Below, piece after piece: positions 26,910 to 35,655 of a DNA stretch of 64,000 nucleotides. The notes below the pieces were generated by a model. That model did no database searches and was not told the DNA's origin. It was given only the letters and a program-made list of their open reading frames with translations. Position numbers and translations under genes: made by a program. Each line of letters starts with the position of its first letter. The stretch's first letter is position 1. Origin of the DNA: Lachnospiraceae bacterium (lineage in GTDB: Bacteria > Bacillota > Clostridia > Lachnospirales > Lachnospiraceae); assembly GCA_017460485.1 (NCBI GenBank), contig JAFUAW010000037.1:5195-69194 (forward strand), given 5' to 3'.

Positions 26910-26933
26910 GTCCGCCTTGGACAGGCGCGATTC
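26908..26933. repeat. IR-R: right copy of the 26-bp inverted repeat
   Basis: AAGTCCGCCTTGGACAGGCGCGATTC overlaps the recombinase stop codon by 2 nt. Confidence 0.9.
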
Positions 26934-26988
26934 AATATCTTGTATAAAGAAAGCTGTTTTGTGTACCGGTTTTGGTTGGAACAAATAT

Positions 26989-27999
26989 ATGATTACAATT
27001 CGAAGAGCAGAATTTGAAGATATTCCACGAATAATGGAATTCATAGATACTTACTGGAAAAAAGGGCATATTTTGGCAACGAACCGCTCTTTTTTCGAGT
27101 GGCAGTTCGCAGATGAAGGTATGGTTAATTTAGTTCTGGCAGAAGATAAAACAGCTCAACACATTTATGGAATAAATGGTTATATAAGATATAATCAATC
27201 AGCAACACCCGATATAACAGGTTGTATGTGGAAAGCTCTTAAGACCATTGAATATCCTATGCTCGGATTGAATTTTGGAGAGATTTTATATCAAACTACA
27301 CATGCCAGATATAACATAGGCATAGGATTGAATTCCAGGTCACGACAATACGAAAAACTCAATGGTGCATATGTTGCAAAAATGAATCATGCATACAGAT
27401 TAGGTAATTCAAAAGATTTTCATATTGCTGATATCAAGGATTTTAAAAATAATCCTTATAAAAAAACAGAAAGCAAACTGGAATCAATCACATCTATAGA
27501 ACAATTCAAAAAAAGAATTCCTGTTAGTTTGTTGAGCAGTATTATCCCATACAAAGATTATTATTATATAGAACATAGATACTTCAAACATCCTATATAC
27601 AACTATAATTTATATTCACTAATAATATCCGGGAAACCGATTCCAGCAGTTTTTGTTGTTCGGGAAATCACCGCCCTCGGAAGAAAATGCGCTAAAATCG
27701 TTGATTATTTTGGTGAAGAAAAATGGATCGGACATTCAGGAAAAGCAATTGATGAACTTATTTCTCTTAATAATTATGAATTCATCAGTTTTTACTGTTT
27801 GGGGATCGACAACTCTTACCTGAAAGAAAGCGGCTTCTCTTTCATTGAGGAAAACGATATAAATATCATACCATGTTATTTTGAACCTTTTGAAAAGAAA
27901 AATATTGATATTTATGCTGTTATGATTCCTGAAATCAAGGAAAAAACAAGATTGTTCCTTGGGGATGGTGATCAAGACAGGCCAAGCAAAATTACATAG
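26989..27999 (+). CDS. GNAT-like N-acyltransferase-type two-domain protein (first gene of the right operon; paralog of 24407..25408)
   Basis: MITIRRAEFEDIPRIMEFIDTYWKKGHILA. The first 22 nt are identical to the left paralog. The track start at 26833 would run through IR-R and the recombinase 3' end, so I rejected it. Confidence 0.5.
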   Translation: MITIRRAEFEDIPRIMEFIDTYWKKGHILATNRSFFEWQFADEGMVNLVLAEDKTAQHIYGINGYIRYNQSATPDITGCMWKALKTIEYPMLGLNFGEILYQTTHARYNIGIGLNSRSRQYEKLNGAYVAKMNHAYRLGNSKDFHIADIKDFKNNPYKKTESKLESITSIEQFKKRIPVSLLSSIIPYKDYYYIEHRYFKHPIYNYNLYSLIISGKPIPAVFVVREITALGRKCAKIVDYFGEEKWIGHSGKAIDELISLNNYEFISFYCLGIDNSYLKESGFSFIEENDINIIPCYFEPFEKKNIDIYAVMIPEIKEKTRLFLGDGDQDRPSKIT

Positions 28000-28015
28000 A
28001 AGGGGAGATAATAAA

Positions 28016-28819
28016 ATGAAAATTGCTGAAATTTTGGAATTATGTAATTCAATTAAACGAGAGAAAAAAAAATATTATACCAATTATTATATGACCTATA
28101 ATTCTTCTGACAGTGACTTCATAGTAATACAGAATGAGGGGACAATTGTGTTTCTTGTTAAAGAAGAGTTTTTTTACAGATGCTTTTTCTTAAGCAATAA
28201 TCTAGAAACCCTGATAAAGTGTTTATCAGAAGTTCCCCAAGACTCAATTCTGGATTTTATCGAAAAAGCAGAGAATTGTTCTTTACTGAATACATTTCAG
28301 AAATCAGGATTTAATTCCTACGCGACATACCTAAGGGTATCATCCCCTATCCCACCGAAACCTTATAAAAAAGATAAAATTGAACTATTGTGTGAGAAAC
28401 TATATAACGATAAGCTTGGACAGCGCGCCACGGAATCAGACATTCCTCAATTACGTCAGATATTTCTGGATGTATTTGATGTGAACTGTGATGGAATTTT
28501 AACGGTAGAAAAACTAAGGCGCTCTATACAAAACGGGACAGTTTGGATTTATAAAGCAGATGAAAAAATCTGTACAGTATACATATATCAGGTAGAGGGT
28601 AAAAAGCGCTATGGTAATTTAACTTATAATTGTCTCAGTGCAGATTATTTATATAGTGTATGCAGAAAAGCAAATGAATTATCAGCCAAAGAGCACGATT
28701 TTATTCTTCACTACGGATGGGTTAATGAAAAAAATAAAAAAATAGGACGTACATTAAACACAACCAGTGCGCAGGGATACGACGGTGTCCGCAACTATAT
28801 CTTTCGAAAGGAGAATTAA
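28016..28819 (+). CDS. Hypothetical protein (possibly an acyltransferase-fold protein)
   Basis: MKIAEILELC follows a GGGGAG RBS. I recognised no secure motif. Confidence 0.3.
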   Translation: MKIAEILELCNSIKREKKKYYTNYYMTYNSSDSDFIVIQNEGTIVFLVKEEFFYRCFFLSNNLETLIKCLSEVPQDSILDFIEKAENCSLLNTFQKSGFNSYATYLRVSSPIPPKPYKKDKIELLCEKLYNDKLGQRATESDIPQLRQIFLDVFDVNCDGILTVEKLRRSIQNGTVWIYKADEKICTVYIYQVEGKKRYGNLTYNCLSADYLYSVCRKANELSAKEHDFILHYGWVNEKNKKIGRTLNTTSAQGYDGVRNYIFRKEN

Positions 28820-28821
28820 AA

Positions 28822-29040
28822 ATGAACGAAAAGGAAAAACTGGAAATCATCGCAGAAAGTGTTGAAATGGAGACAGAGGAATTATCAAAGGAGATGGTTC
28901 TGGAAGATCTGGAAAACTGGGATTCTGTTGCAGTATTAACAATAATTGCAGCCATTAGCGACCGACTAGGCCGTTATCCCAGTGCTCAAGATATACTGGC
29001 ATTCAGAACAGTTGGCGATTTGATGAATTACATGGACTAA
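28822..29040 (+). CDS. Acyl carrier protein
   Basis: A 72-aa acidic protein with LENWDSVAVLTIIA (Ser attachment context). Confidence 0.7.
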   Translation: MNEKEKLEIIAESVEMETEELSKEMVLEDLENWDSVAVLTIIAAISDRLGRYPSAQDILAFRTVGDLMNYMD

Positions 29041-29088
29041 ATGCTGATTGGCAGTTGCAAAAAGGTAATTGGATTTAAGGTGATACGT

Positions 29089-29838
29089 ATGGAACTTTTA
29101 AAAGACAAAGCTATTATTGTGACAGGCGCATCTTCCGGACTGGGAAGATCAACTGCTATTGCAATCAGCAAAGAAGGCGGTCGCTTAATTCTGATCGGTC
29201 GAGACGAAACAAGGCTGTCCGAAACTAAAAACATGCTCGAATATTCTGATAACCATATTGCCATTCCTTTTGATTTATTAGAATTCGAAAAATATGACCA
29301 ATTATTTCAGAGAATCAAAGAAGAAAATATTATATTAAATGGAATGGTTCATTGTGCCGGTTTTACAAGAATACTGCCTATTAGGGCTTTAACCACACAG
29401 AATATGAATGAATTACTTGCCATTCATTATATTTCCTTTGTAAATCTTGTCAAATTCTATTCTAAAAAAGGAATGAATGCTGGAGGAAGTATTGTTGGAA
29501 TTTCTGCAATCAATGCTCACATACCGCAGAAATGCATGACTGCATATGCCTCTGCAAAGGCAGCTATGGAGACTGCATGCCGTACAATGTCCATTGAATT
29601 AATCGAAAAAAATATTCGGATTAACTCTGTCGTTGTTGGCAGCATGAGTACGGAAATGTCTAAAGATGTAGCCAGTTCAATAGAAGGAGTATCTTCTTCT
29701 TATGTCAATCCTGTTTCAAGACAGCTGATTCCAACTGTAACTGCAGACGTGATTTCCGGATCAATTATGTTTTTGTTAAGCGATTTGTCATCTTATATGA
29801 CCGGAAGAGAATTATATGCGGATGGAGGTTTATTATAA
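29089..29838 (+). CDS. SDR family oxidoreductase
   Basis: AIIVTGASSGLGRS and YASAKAA (YxxxK). The ATG at 29089 follows an AAGGTG RBS. Confidence 0.8.
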   Translation: MELLKDKAIIVTGASSGLGRSTAIAISKEGGRLILIGRDETRLSETKNMLEYSDNHIAIPFDLLEFEKYDQLFQRIKEENIILNGMVHCAGFTRILPIRALTTQNMNELLAIHYISFVNLVKFYSKKGMNAGGSIVGISAINAHIPQKCMTAYASAKAAMETACRTMSIELIEKNIRINSVVVGSMSTEMSKDVASSIEGVSSSYVNPVSRQLIPTVTADVISGSIMFLLSDLSSYMTGRELYADGGLL

Positions 29839-30689
29839 TGAAACACGATGGAAACAAAGTTATTTTTCATACGAACAAAGGTGTCATTACATATAATGAT
29901 ATAGTTTCTGCATTATATAGGCTTGGGGCCGATCAATGCGATGTATTATTTGTTCATTCAGATATTTCATTTGGACAATTAGATCCTTCTGTCAAAAGGA
30001 AAGAGTTAAAAGAACTACTGCTGGATGCGTTAATGGAAATGAATGTAAAAACTCTTATGTTTCCTACATTTACTTTTAGTTTTTGCAACAAAGAAGACTA
30101 TGATGTTGAACATTCTGTTACTGCCATGGGCATGCTGCCTGAATATGTCAGGAACCGAGAGGATGCATATCGAACCGATGATCCCATTCTTTCTGTAGCA
30201 ATAATCGGAGACCGCTCAGGCTTTGAAAAAATGATAGGACGCTCTTCTTGCGGAACAGGAGGAATCTTTCATCAACTTCATATCAGCGGCAAGAAAGTAA
30301 AATTTCTATTCTTTGGAACTTTGGTAACTCACTGCTTCACTTTTATGCATTATATTGAAGAAATAAAACAAGTGCCCTATCGATATGCACGCCCATTTGA
30401 TGGAACCATTATTCAAAATGGCATTCAAACTCCGAAAACCGTGGATGTATATGTTCGGTATAAGGATGTAGGAGCAACATTACCTAAAGATTTTACATCC
30501 TATATGTTAGAACATGAGATCATGAAGAAAGAGGAATTGGGTATGTCCTCCATTTCAATTGTAGATGAAAGAAGCAGTTATGAGTATATTTGTTCATTAA
30601 TTGATCATGATCCATATGTATTTTCTGTTTTACCTGAAGACGGAGAATTAGTAAAAGAATATAAATATGGCAATATCGTTTCAATGTGA
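29838..30689 (+). CDS. AAC(3)-family N-acyltransferase-like protein
   Basis: The N-terminus (ITYNDIVSALYRLGADQCDVLFVHSDISFGQL) and length match my recollection of the aminoglycoside 3-N-acetyltransferase fold family. The context suggests an amino-sugar N-acyltransferase. Confidence 0.5.
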   Translation: MKHDGNKVIFHTNKGVITYNDIVSALYRLGADQCDVLFVHSDISFGQLDPSVKRKELKELLLDALMEMNVKTLMFPTFTFSFCNKEDYDVEHSVTAMGMLPEYVRNREDAYRTDDPILSVAIIGDRSGFEKMIGRSSCGTGGIFHQLHISGKKVKFLFFGTLVTHCFTFMHYIEEIKQVPYRYARPFDGTIIQNGIQTPKTVDVYVRYKDVGATLPKDFTSYMLEHEIMKKEELGMSSISIVDERSSYEYICSLIDHDPYVFSVLPEDGELVKEYKYGNIVSM

Positions 30690-30702
30690 GAAAGGAAAAA
30701 TA

Positions 30703-30933
30703 ATGAGAGAAACAATACTTAATATATTAAAAGATATCAGACCTGAATTTGATTTTGAAAGCAGTAATAACTTTATTGAAGACGGCTTTTTGGATTCATT
30801 TGATGTCGTTACAGTCATTTCAGAATTAGAATTAAAATACAATATTGTAATTGATGGTCTAGCAGTTATTCCCGAAAACTTCGAATCATTAGATTCCATT
30901 TGTGAGCTGGTAAAAAAGAGTGGTGAAAAATAA
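30703..30933 (+). CDS. Carrier protein, DltC-like
   Basis: A 76-aa protein with EDGFLDSFDVVTVISELE. The LDS(F/L)D context is typical of D-alanyl and peptidyl carrier proteins. Confidence 0.65.
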   Translation: MRETILNILKDIRPEFDFESSNNFIEDGFLDSFDVVTVISELELKYNIVIDGLAVIPENFESLDSICELVKKSGEK

Positions 30934-31991
30934 TGGATTTTCATTTTCAAAACAAACAGATTACCGGTGTATTATCAATTCTTCCGGAAACAGAATACCG
31001 CATGGAAGATGAAGTTATAGATCCCAACGACAGCAAGGTAAAAAGATTGCAGAAGGTGATCGGATACGGTTCTCGCCGCCGGGTAAAAGGCAATACCTGT
31101 ATGTCTGATTTATTATTATATGGACTACGGCATTTAATCAGCTCCCAGCAACTCAATCCGGATGATATAGGTGCTATTATTGTATCCACTCTCTGCGAAG
31201 ACTATTTGTTACCGTCCCTTGGTTGTATATTGCAAGGCGAGCTGGGTTTAGAAAATGATGTATATTGTATGGATACACCACAGGCTTGTGCCGGATATGT
31301 AACAGGATTAATTCATGCCTTTTTACTGCTAGATCATATGCCTAATAAAAAGGTCATTGTATGTACAGGAGAAATCTTAAACCGTAAATCCGATCCAAAT
31401 GAAGCAAAATATGAACATCCATCCTTTGGAGGTGATATTGCTAATATTACCATAGTAGAGAATTGCCATTCTTCTCGGGATATCTATGCAAATTATTTCA
31501 CAGACGGAAGCAGACGTAATGCCTTAATTATTGAAGACGGTGGTTTTCGTAATCCAATGACAGCAGAAAAACTTAAAATGCAGACAAATAATCTTCCATG
31601 TATGGGAGTATCTATGGATGGTTCCGGGGTGTTTAATTTTGTTCAGAAAGAAGTTCCTCCCTCTATCTTTGAACTTTCAAAACAAGCCGGTGTCACAGTA
31701 GATGACATCGATTGGTTTTTATTCCATCAGCCGAACAAATTTATGCTCCAAAAATTGGCAGGTGCATTAGGAGTTCCTTTCAGAAAAGTACCTATGAAAC
31801 TGACAGAAACACTTGGCAATTCCGACTCAGGTACAATTCCTGCTATTATGACTACTGAAGCGGCAGATTCTTTGTTATCCCATAATAACTTATGTTGTCT
31901 ATCCGGATTTGGAGGCGGTCTTACGTGGACCTCTATTATTATGGACATCGGCAATTTAGACTTTTGTGAATGTATCACATCCGACTTATAA
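30933..31991 (+). CDS. 3-oxoacyl-ACP synthase III-like
   Basis: PQACAGY, FHQPNK and LGNSDSGT give an intact Cys-His-Asn context. A TAATG junction links it to the upstream gene. Confidence 0.75.
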   Translation: MDFHFQNKQITGVLSILPETEYRMEDEVIDPNDSKVKRLQKVIGYGSRRRVKGNTCMSDLLLYGLRHLISSQQLNPDDIGAIIVSTLCEDYLLPSLGCILQGELGLENDVYCMDTPQACAGYVTGLIHAFLLLDHMPNKKVIVCTGEILNRKSDPNEAKYEHPSFGGDIANITIVENCHSSRDIYANYFTDGSRRNALIIEDGGFRNPMTAEKLKMQTNNLPCMGVSMDGSGVFNFVQKEVPPSIFELSKQAGVTVDDIDWFLFHQPNKFMLQKLAGALGVPFRKVPMKLTETLGNSDSGTIPAIMTTEAADSLLSHNNLCCLSGFGGGLTWTSIIMDIGNLDFCECITSDL

Positions 31992-32037
31992 ATATCATTA
32001 TTACTATATTAAGCAACACATATCAAGGGAGCTAATT

Positions 32038-33564
32038 ATGAAAAAAAATTGGATTGATGTTTTTCAAAAAACAGTAGAAAAATATAAGGATGCCATCGCG
32101 GTAGTGCACAATAACAAGTCTGCAACTTTTGGAGAAATCCGGCATCGCGCATTATGTATTGCAGCCGAGTTAAACAGCAGGGCAGACGAAATTAACCGCC
32201 CTATAGTAGTACTTCTGCCCAAATCAATAGAAGTAATTTATGCAAATATTGGTATTATGTATAATCATAATATCTTTTCCAATTTAGATGTAAAAATGCC
32301 CAAGGAACGTCTAGGTAATATTTTGAACTGCCTAAAGCCAATTGGCATCATTACAGATACGAATGGATTAAACTTAGTCGATATTAATCCCGACATGTTT
32401 GTTATAAACTTAGACCACATGGATTGGAATTATAATTATGATATTAACTCTATTCTCTGTAAGTTAGAAAAACAAATTGATACTGATCCCTTTTGTATCA
32501 TTAATACATCCGGCTCAACCGGGACGCCAAAAGGCGTGGTACTGAATCACAAAAGTTTTTTCGATTTTATGGACTGGTCTTTAGATGTATTCCATTTCAC
32601 ATCTCAGGACATTATTGGCTCTCTCTCTCCCGTAATATTTGATATATATGAATATGAACTAACCTTAATGATGACAGTCGGTGCAAAAATCGTTTTATTA
32701 GATGCGGGATTGGCAGTTTTTCCGGCTAAACTTATATCAGCTGTAGCTGAACATAAAGTTACATTCATGTTCTGGGTTCCTACGATTATGGTTAATATTG
32801 CCAATATGGATATACTGTCAAGAATACCTCTCCCTTCTGTCCGTACCATCTGGTTTGCCGGAGAAGTATTTCCTACAAAACAATTTAACTATTGGAAATG
32901 TAACTTACCGGAAACTGTATTTGCCAACCTATATGGTCCCATTGAAATCACTCTTGACTGTATCTATTATATTGTCGATCGTGATTTTAATGATCAGGAT
33001 ACATTACCAATCGGTATACCATGCAAAAATACTGACATTTTACTCTTAAATGACTCTGATCAGATATGTCAATCTGACGAAGAAGGCGAAATCTGTGTTA
33101 GAGGAACTTCCCTTGCAATGGGATACTACAATAATCCAGAAAAAACATCTGCAGCATTCGTTCAAAATCCATTAAACAATTCGTACCCTGAATTAATCTA
33201 CCGAACAGGAGATATAGGAGTAAAGTCTTCCACAGACAATCTTATTTATTTCAAGGGAAGAAAAGATAGCCTAATCAAACACATGGGATATAGAATTGAA
33301 CTGTCGGAAATAGAACATATTATGGTAAATGAATTGAAAATTGTAAAAAACTGTTGTGTTATCTACAATTCTTCTAAAAAGGAGATACATGTTTTTTATG
33401 AAAAGAAAGAATTAAGCACTAGAGAAATGCGGGATAAGCTTTTATCAGTTCTTCCTAAATATATGATCCCGACAGTTTGGACAGAGTTAGATGAATTACC
33501 AAGAAATACGAATGGTAAAATTGACCGGCATAAACTCAGTTGTATATCAAATAACAAAGAATAA
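32038..33564 (+). CDS. Adenylation enzyme, DltA / NRPS A-domain-like (amino acid or aryl acid--carrier protein ligase)
   Basis: NTSGSTGTPKGV, GYYNNPEKT, YRTGD, GRKDSLIKHMGYRIELSEIE and PRNTNGKIDR. The ATG at 32038 follows an AAGGGAG RBS. Confidence 0.75.
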   Translation: MKKNWIDVFQKTVEKYKDAIAVVHNNKSATFGEIRHRALCIAAELNSRADEINRPIVVLLPKSIEVIYANIGIMYNHNIFSNLDVKMPKERLGNILNCLKPIGIITDTNGLNLVDINPDMFVINLDHMDWNYNYDINSILCKLEKQIDTDPFCIINTSGSTGTPKGVVLNHKSFFDFMDWSLDVFHFTSQDIIGSLSPVIFDIYEYELTLMMTVGAKIVLLDAGLAVFPAKLISAVAEHKVTFMFWVPTIMVNIANMDILSRIPLPSVRTIWFAGEVFPTKQFNYWKCNLPETVFANLYGPIEITLDCIYYIVDRDFNDQDTLPIGIPCKNTDILLLNDSDQICQSDEEGEICVRGTSLAMGYYNNPEKTSAAFVQNPLNNSYPELIYRTGDIGVKSSTDNLIYFKGRKDSLIKHMGYRIELSEIEHIMVNELKIVKNCCVIYNSSKKEIHVFYEKKELSTREMRDKLLSVLPKYMIPTVWTELDELPRNTNGKIDRHKLSCISNNKE

Positions 33565-33584
33565 TATTGGCAATAGGAATTACT

Positions 33585-34448
33585 ATGCGTTTTGAAAAAA
33601 TAATTGTTATCGGAACCGGAAAAATAGCATGCAGCTGTATAGAATCATTGGTTTCTATCCTATCTAAGGAGAGGCTGTGTGCGCTTGAAGTATATAAGCA
33701 GTCATTATCCATGTTAAACAAAATATGCGCCATGCACAGTATTGAGTATTTGGAGCTAATCCAAAGAAATGATATTCATGCATGGCTTAAAGAGTATACC
33801 CGTAACTGTAGTGTATTAATTATCAGCGCAAATAACCGTTATATATTTCCTCCGGAGTTTATTAATGAGAAAAATATAGAAATAGTTAATTTTCATTACT
33901 CATTGCTCCCGGCATATAGAGGAATGAATATACCAACATGGGTTATTTTCAATAATGAAAGCCAGACAGGGATAACCTGGCATTATATTACACAGCACAT
34001 TGATCAGGGAAAAATAATATCCCAAAAATCTATAGATATTAATCCTACAACAACTGCGTTCGATATTACAAGAATGGGGATGCAGTTAGGCGCGGATTCT
34101 TTCCGTGAGTTTATTGGAGAACTTCTGAACCATCATATCAACGGTATCGAGATAAACAGCACAAACAACGATAGAATATACTATAAATCGGATCTTCCAA
34201 TGAATGGATTTTTAGATATAAATGCTTCAATGGATCATATCGACAGATTACTCCGCAGTTTTGATTATGGGGGGCTTCCTTTAGTACCCAGATTACAAAC
34301 TGTTGTTAATGATATGCTTTATTGCGTAAACAAATATCAAATAAAGAGTACTACTCTCTTCGTTCAGCGTCAAATTACAGTATCTGACTGTATTTTCTCA
34401 ATTTCTGAAGGAAACAAAACAATTATTCTTTTCTGCAGCCATATATAA
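33585..34448 (+). CDS. Formyltransferase-domain protein (Fmt/ArnA N-terminal-like)
   Basis: VNFHYSLLPAYRGMN plus a later HIDQGKII give the Asn-His...Asp formyltransferase signature. Confidence 0.65.
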   Translation: MRFEKIIVIGTGKIACSCIESLVSILSKERLCALEVYKQSLSMLNKICAMHSIEYLELIQRNDIHAWLKEYTRNCSVLIISANNRYIFPPEFINEKNIEIVNFHYSLLPAYRGMNIPTWVIFNNESQTGITWHYITQHIDQGKIISQKSIDINPTTTAFDITRMGMQLGADSFREFIGELLNHHINGIEINSTNNDRIYYKSDLPMNGFLDINASMDHIDRLLRSFDYGGLPLVPRLQTVVNDMLYCVNKYQIKSTTLFVQRQITVSDCIFSISEGNKTIILFCSHI

Positions 34449-34555
34449 TGATCATGTAACTCTTACAAACGCAAATTTGCAAATCTCTCCAAAATAGACT
34501 AAAATAGATATGTAAATATAGAACCAATTATAAAGTACTAATTGAGGATAAGACC

Positions 34556-35605
34556 ATGCAGATTGAACACCGTAAAATTGGACCCGAATATCCTCCTCTT
34601 GTCATTGCCGAGATCGGCATTAATCATGAGGGATCCTTGGATACTGCCAAGAAAATGGTAGATGCTGCCGCGCGCTCCGGCGCAGAGATCATCAAGCATC
34701 AGACACATATTGTTGAAGATGAGATGTCACCTGCTGCAAAAAAAGTAATTCCGGGCAATGCAGATGTATCCATCTATGATATTATGGCTCGATGCGCACT
34801 TTCTGAAGAAGAGGAAATGGAATTAAAACAATATACGGAATCTAAGGGACTCATTTTTTTAAGTACTCCTTTTTCCCGTGCTGCTGCCGACCGTTTGGAG
34901 CGAATGAATGTATCCGCATATAAGATTGGATCAGGGGAGTGTAACAACTATCCCTTGATCGAACATATTGCAAAGTTTGGCAAACCAATGATCGTATCAA
35001 CCGGTATGAACAATATTGCCAGCATTCGAAAAACCGTTGATATTCTCAAACAATACCATATAGATTTTGCTCTCATGCACTGTACTAACCTATACCCCAC
35101 CAAACCGGAATTCATTCGTCTCGGTGCTATGATAGAGCTGATGAAGGAATTCCCGGATGTTCCGGTCGGTTTGTCTGATCATAGTCTGAATAACAATGCC
35201 TGCCTTGCGGCAACCGCACTGGGAGCAAGTATTCTAGAGCGGCATTTTACGGACAGTATGTACCGGCCGGGACCGGACATCATATGTTCGATGGATCCTG
35301 TTGCTTTAAGCGAACTGATCCATGGTTCCGAAGAAATCTTCCTTATGCGTGGAGGCAGCAAATCTGCGCTCCCTGAAGAACAGGTTACGATTGATTTTGC
35401 CTTTGCTACTGTCGTTGCTATTCAGAATATTACAAAAGGGGAACCTTTCACTGAACAGAATCTATGGGTAAAGCGTCCCGGAACAGGCGAGATCTTAGCA
35501 GAATTCTATCCGCAATGTCTCGGGCAGACAGCCAGACGGAACATCCATGCCGGAGAGCATTTGTCAGCTTCTGATGTTGTCATCTGTTCACCAGCTAATA
35601 TCTGA
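34556..35605 (+). CDS. neuB: N-acylneuraminate-type nonulosonic acid synthase (NeuB/LegI/PseI family)
   Basis: [36 protein letters not shown] and a C-terminal SAF-like tail. I cannot assign sub-specificity by eye. Confidence 0.8.
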   Translation: MQIEHRKIGPEYPPLVIAEIGINHEGSLDTAKKMVDAAARSGAEIIKHQTHIVEDEMSPAAKKVIPGNADVSIYDIMARCALSEEEEMELKQYTESKGLIFLSTPFSRAAADRLERMNVSAYKIGSGECNNYPLIEHIAKFGKPMIVSTGMNNIASIRKTVDILKQYHIDFALMHCTNLYPTKPEFIRLGAMIELMKEFPDVPVGLSDHSLNNNACLAATALGASILERHFTDSMYRPGPDIICSMDPVALSELIHGSEEIFLMRGGSKSALPEEQVTIDFAFATVVAIQNITKGEPFTEQNLWVKRPGTGEILAEFYPQCLGQTARRNIHAGEHLSASDVVICSPANI

Positions 35606-35655
35606 TCCTTATATCTCAAGATTAAGATCTATTATGAAACACAGGAGAGATTACA

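Larger units (their letters stand above)
25473..26933. mobile_element. Putative invertible DNA segment (tyrosine-recombinase promoter switch)
   Basis: A 1461-bp segment bounded by perfect 26-bp inverted repeats. It holds only a recombinase gene and a 320-bp A/T-rich region with outward-facing promoters. It sits between two divergent paralogous operons. Confidence 0.6.

Noticed and set aside
25473-26933. Interpreting the recombinase plus inverted repeats as an IS element, integrated phage remnant or integrative element end.
   Set aside because: There is no transposase and there are no phage or conjugation genes. I see no direct-repeat target duplication. The repeats bracket only the recombinase and a promoter region, and the position is exactly the symmetry centre of two paralogous divergent operons. 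I cannot fully exclude a degenerate mobile element without read-level or comparative data.
26833-26988. The N-terminal extension of the right GNAT-like ORF (track start 26833).
   Set aside because: The extension would run through the recombinase 3' end and IR-R. The paralog alignment and the identical first 22 nt place the real start at 26989.
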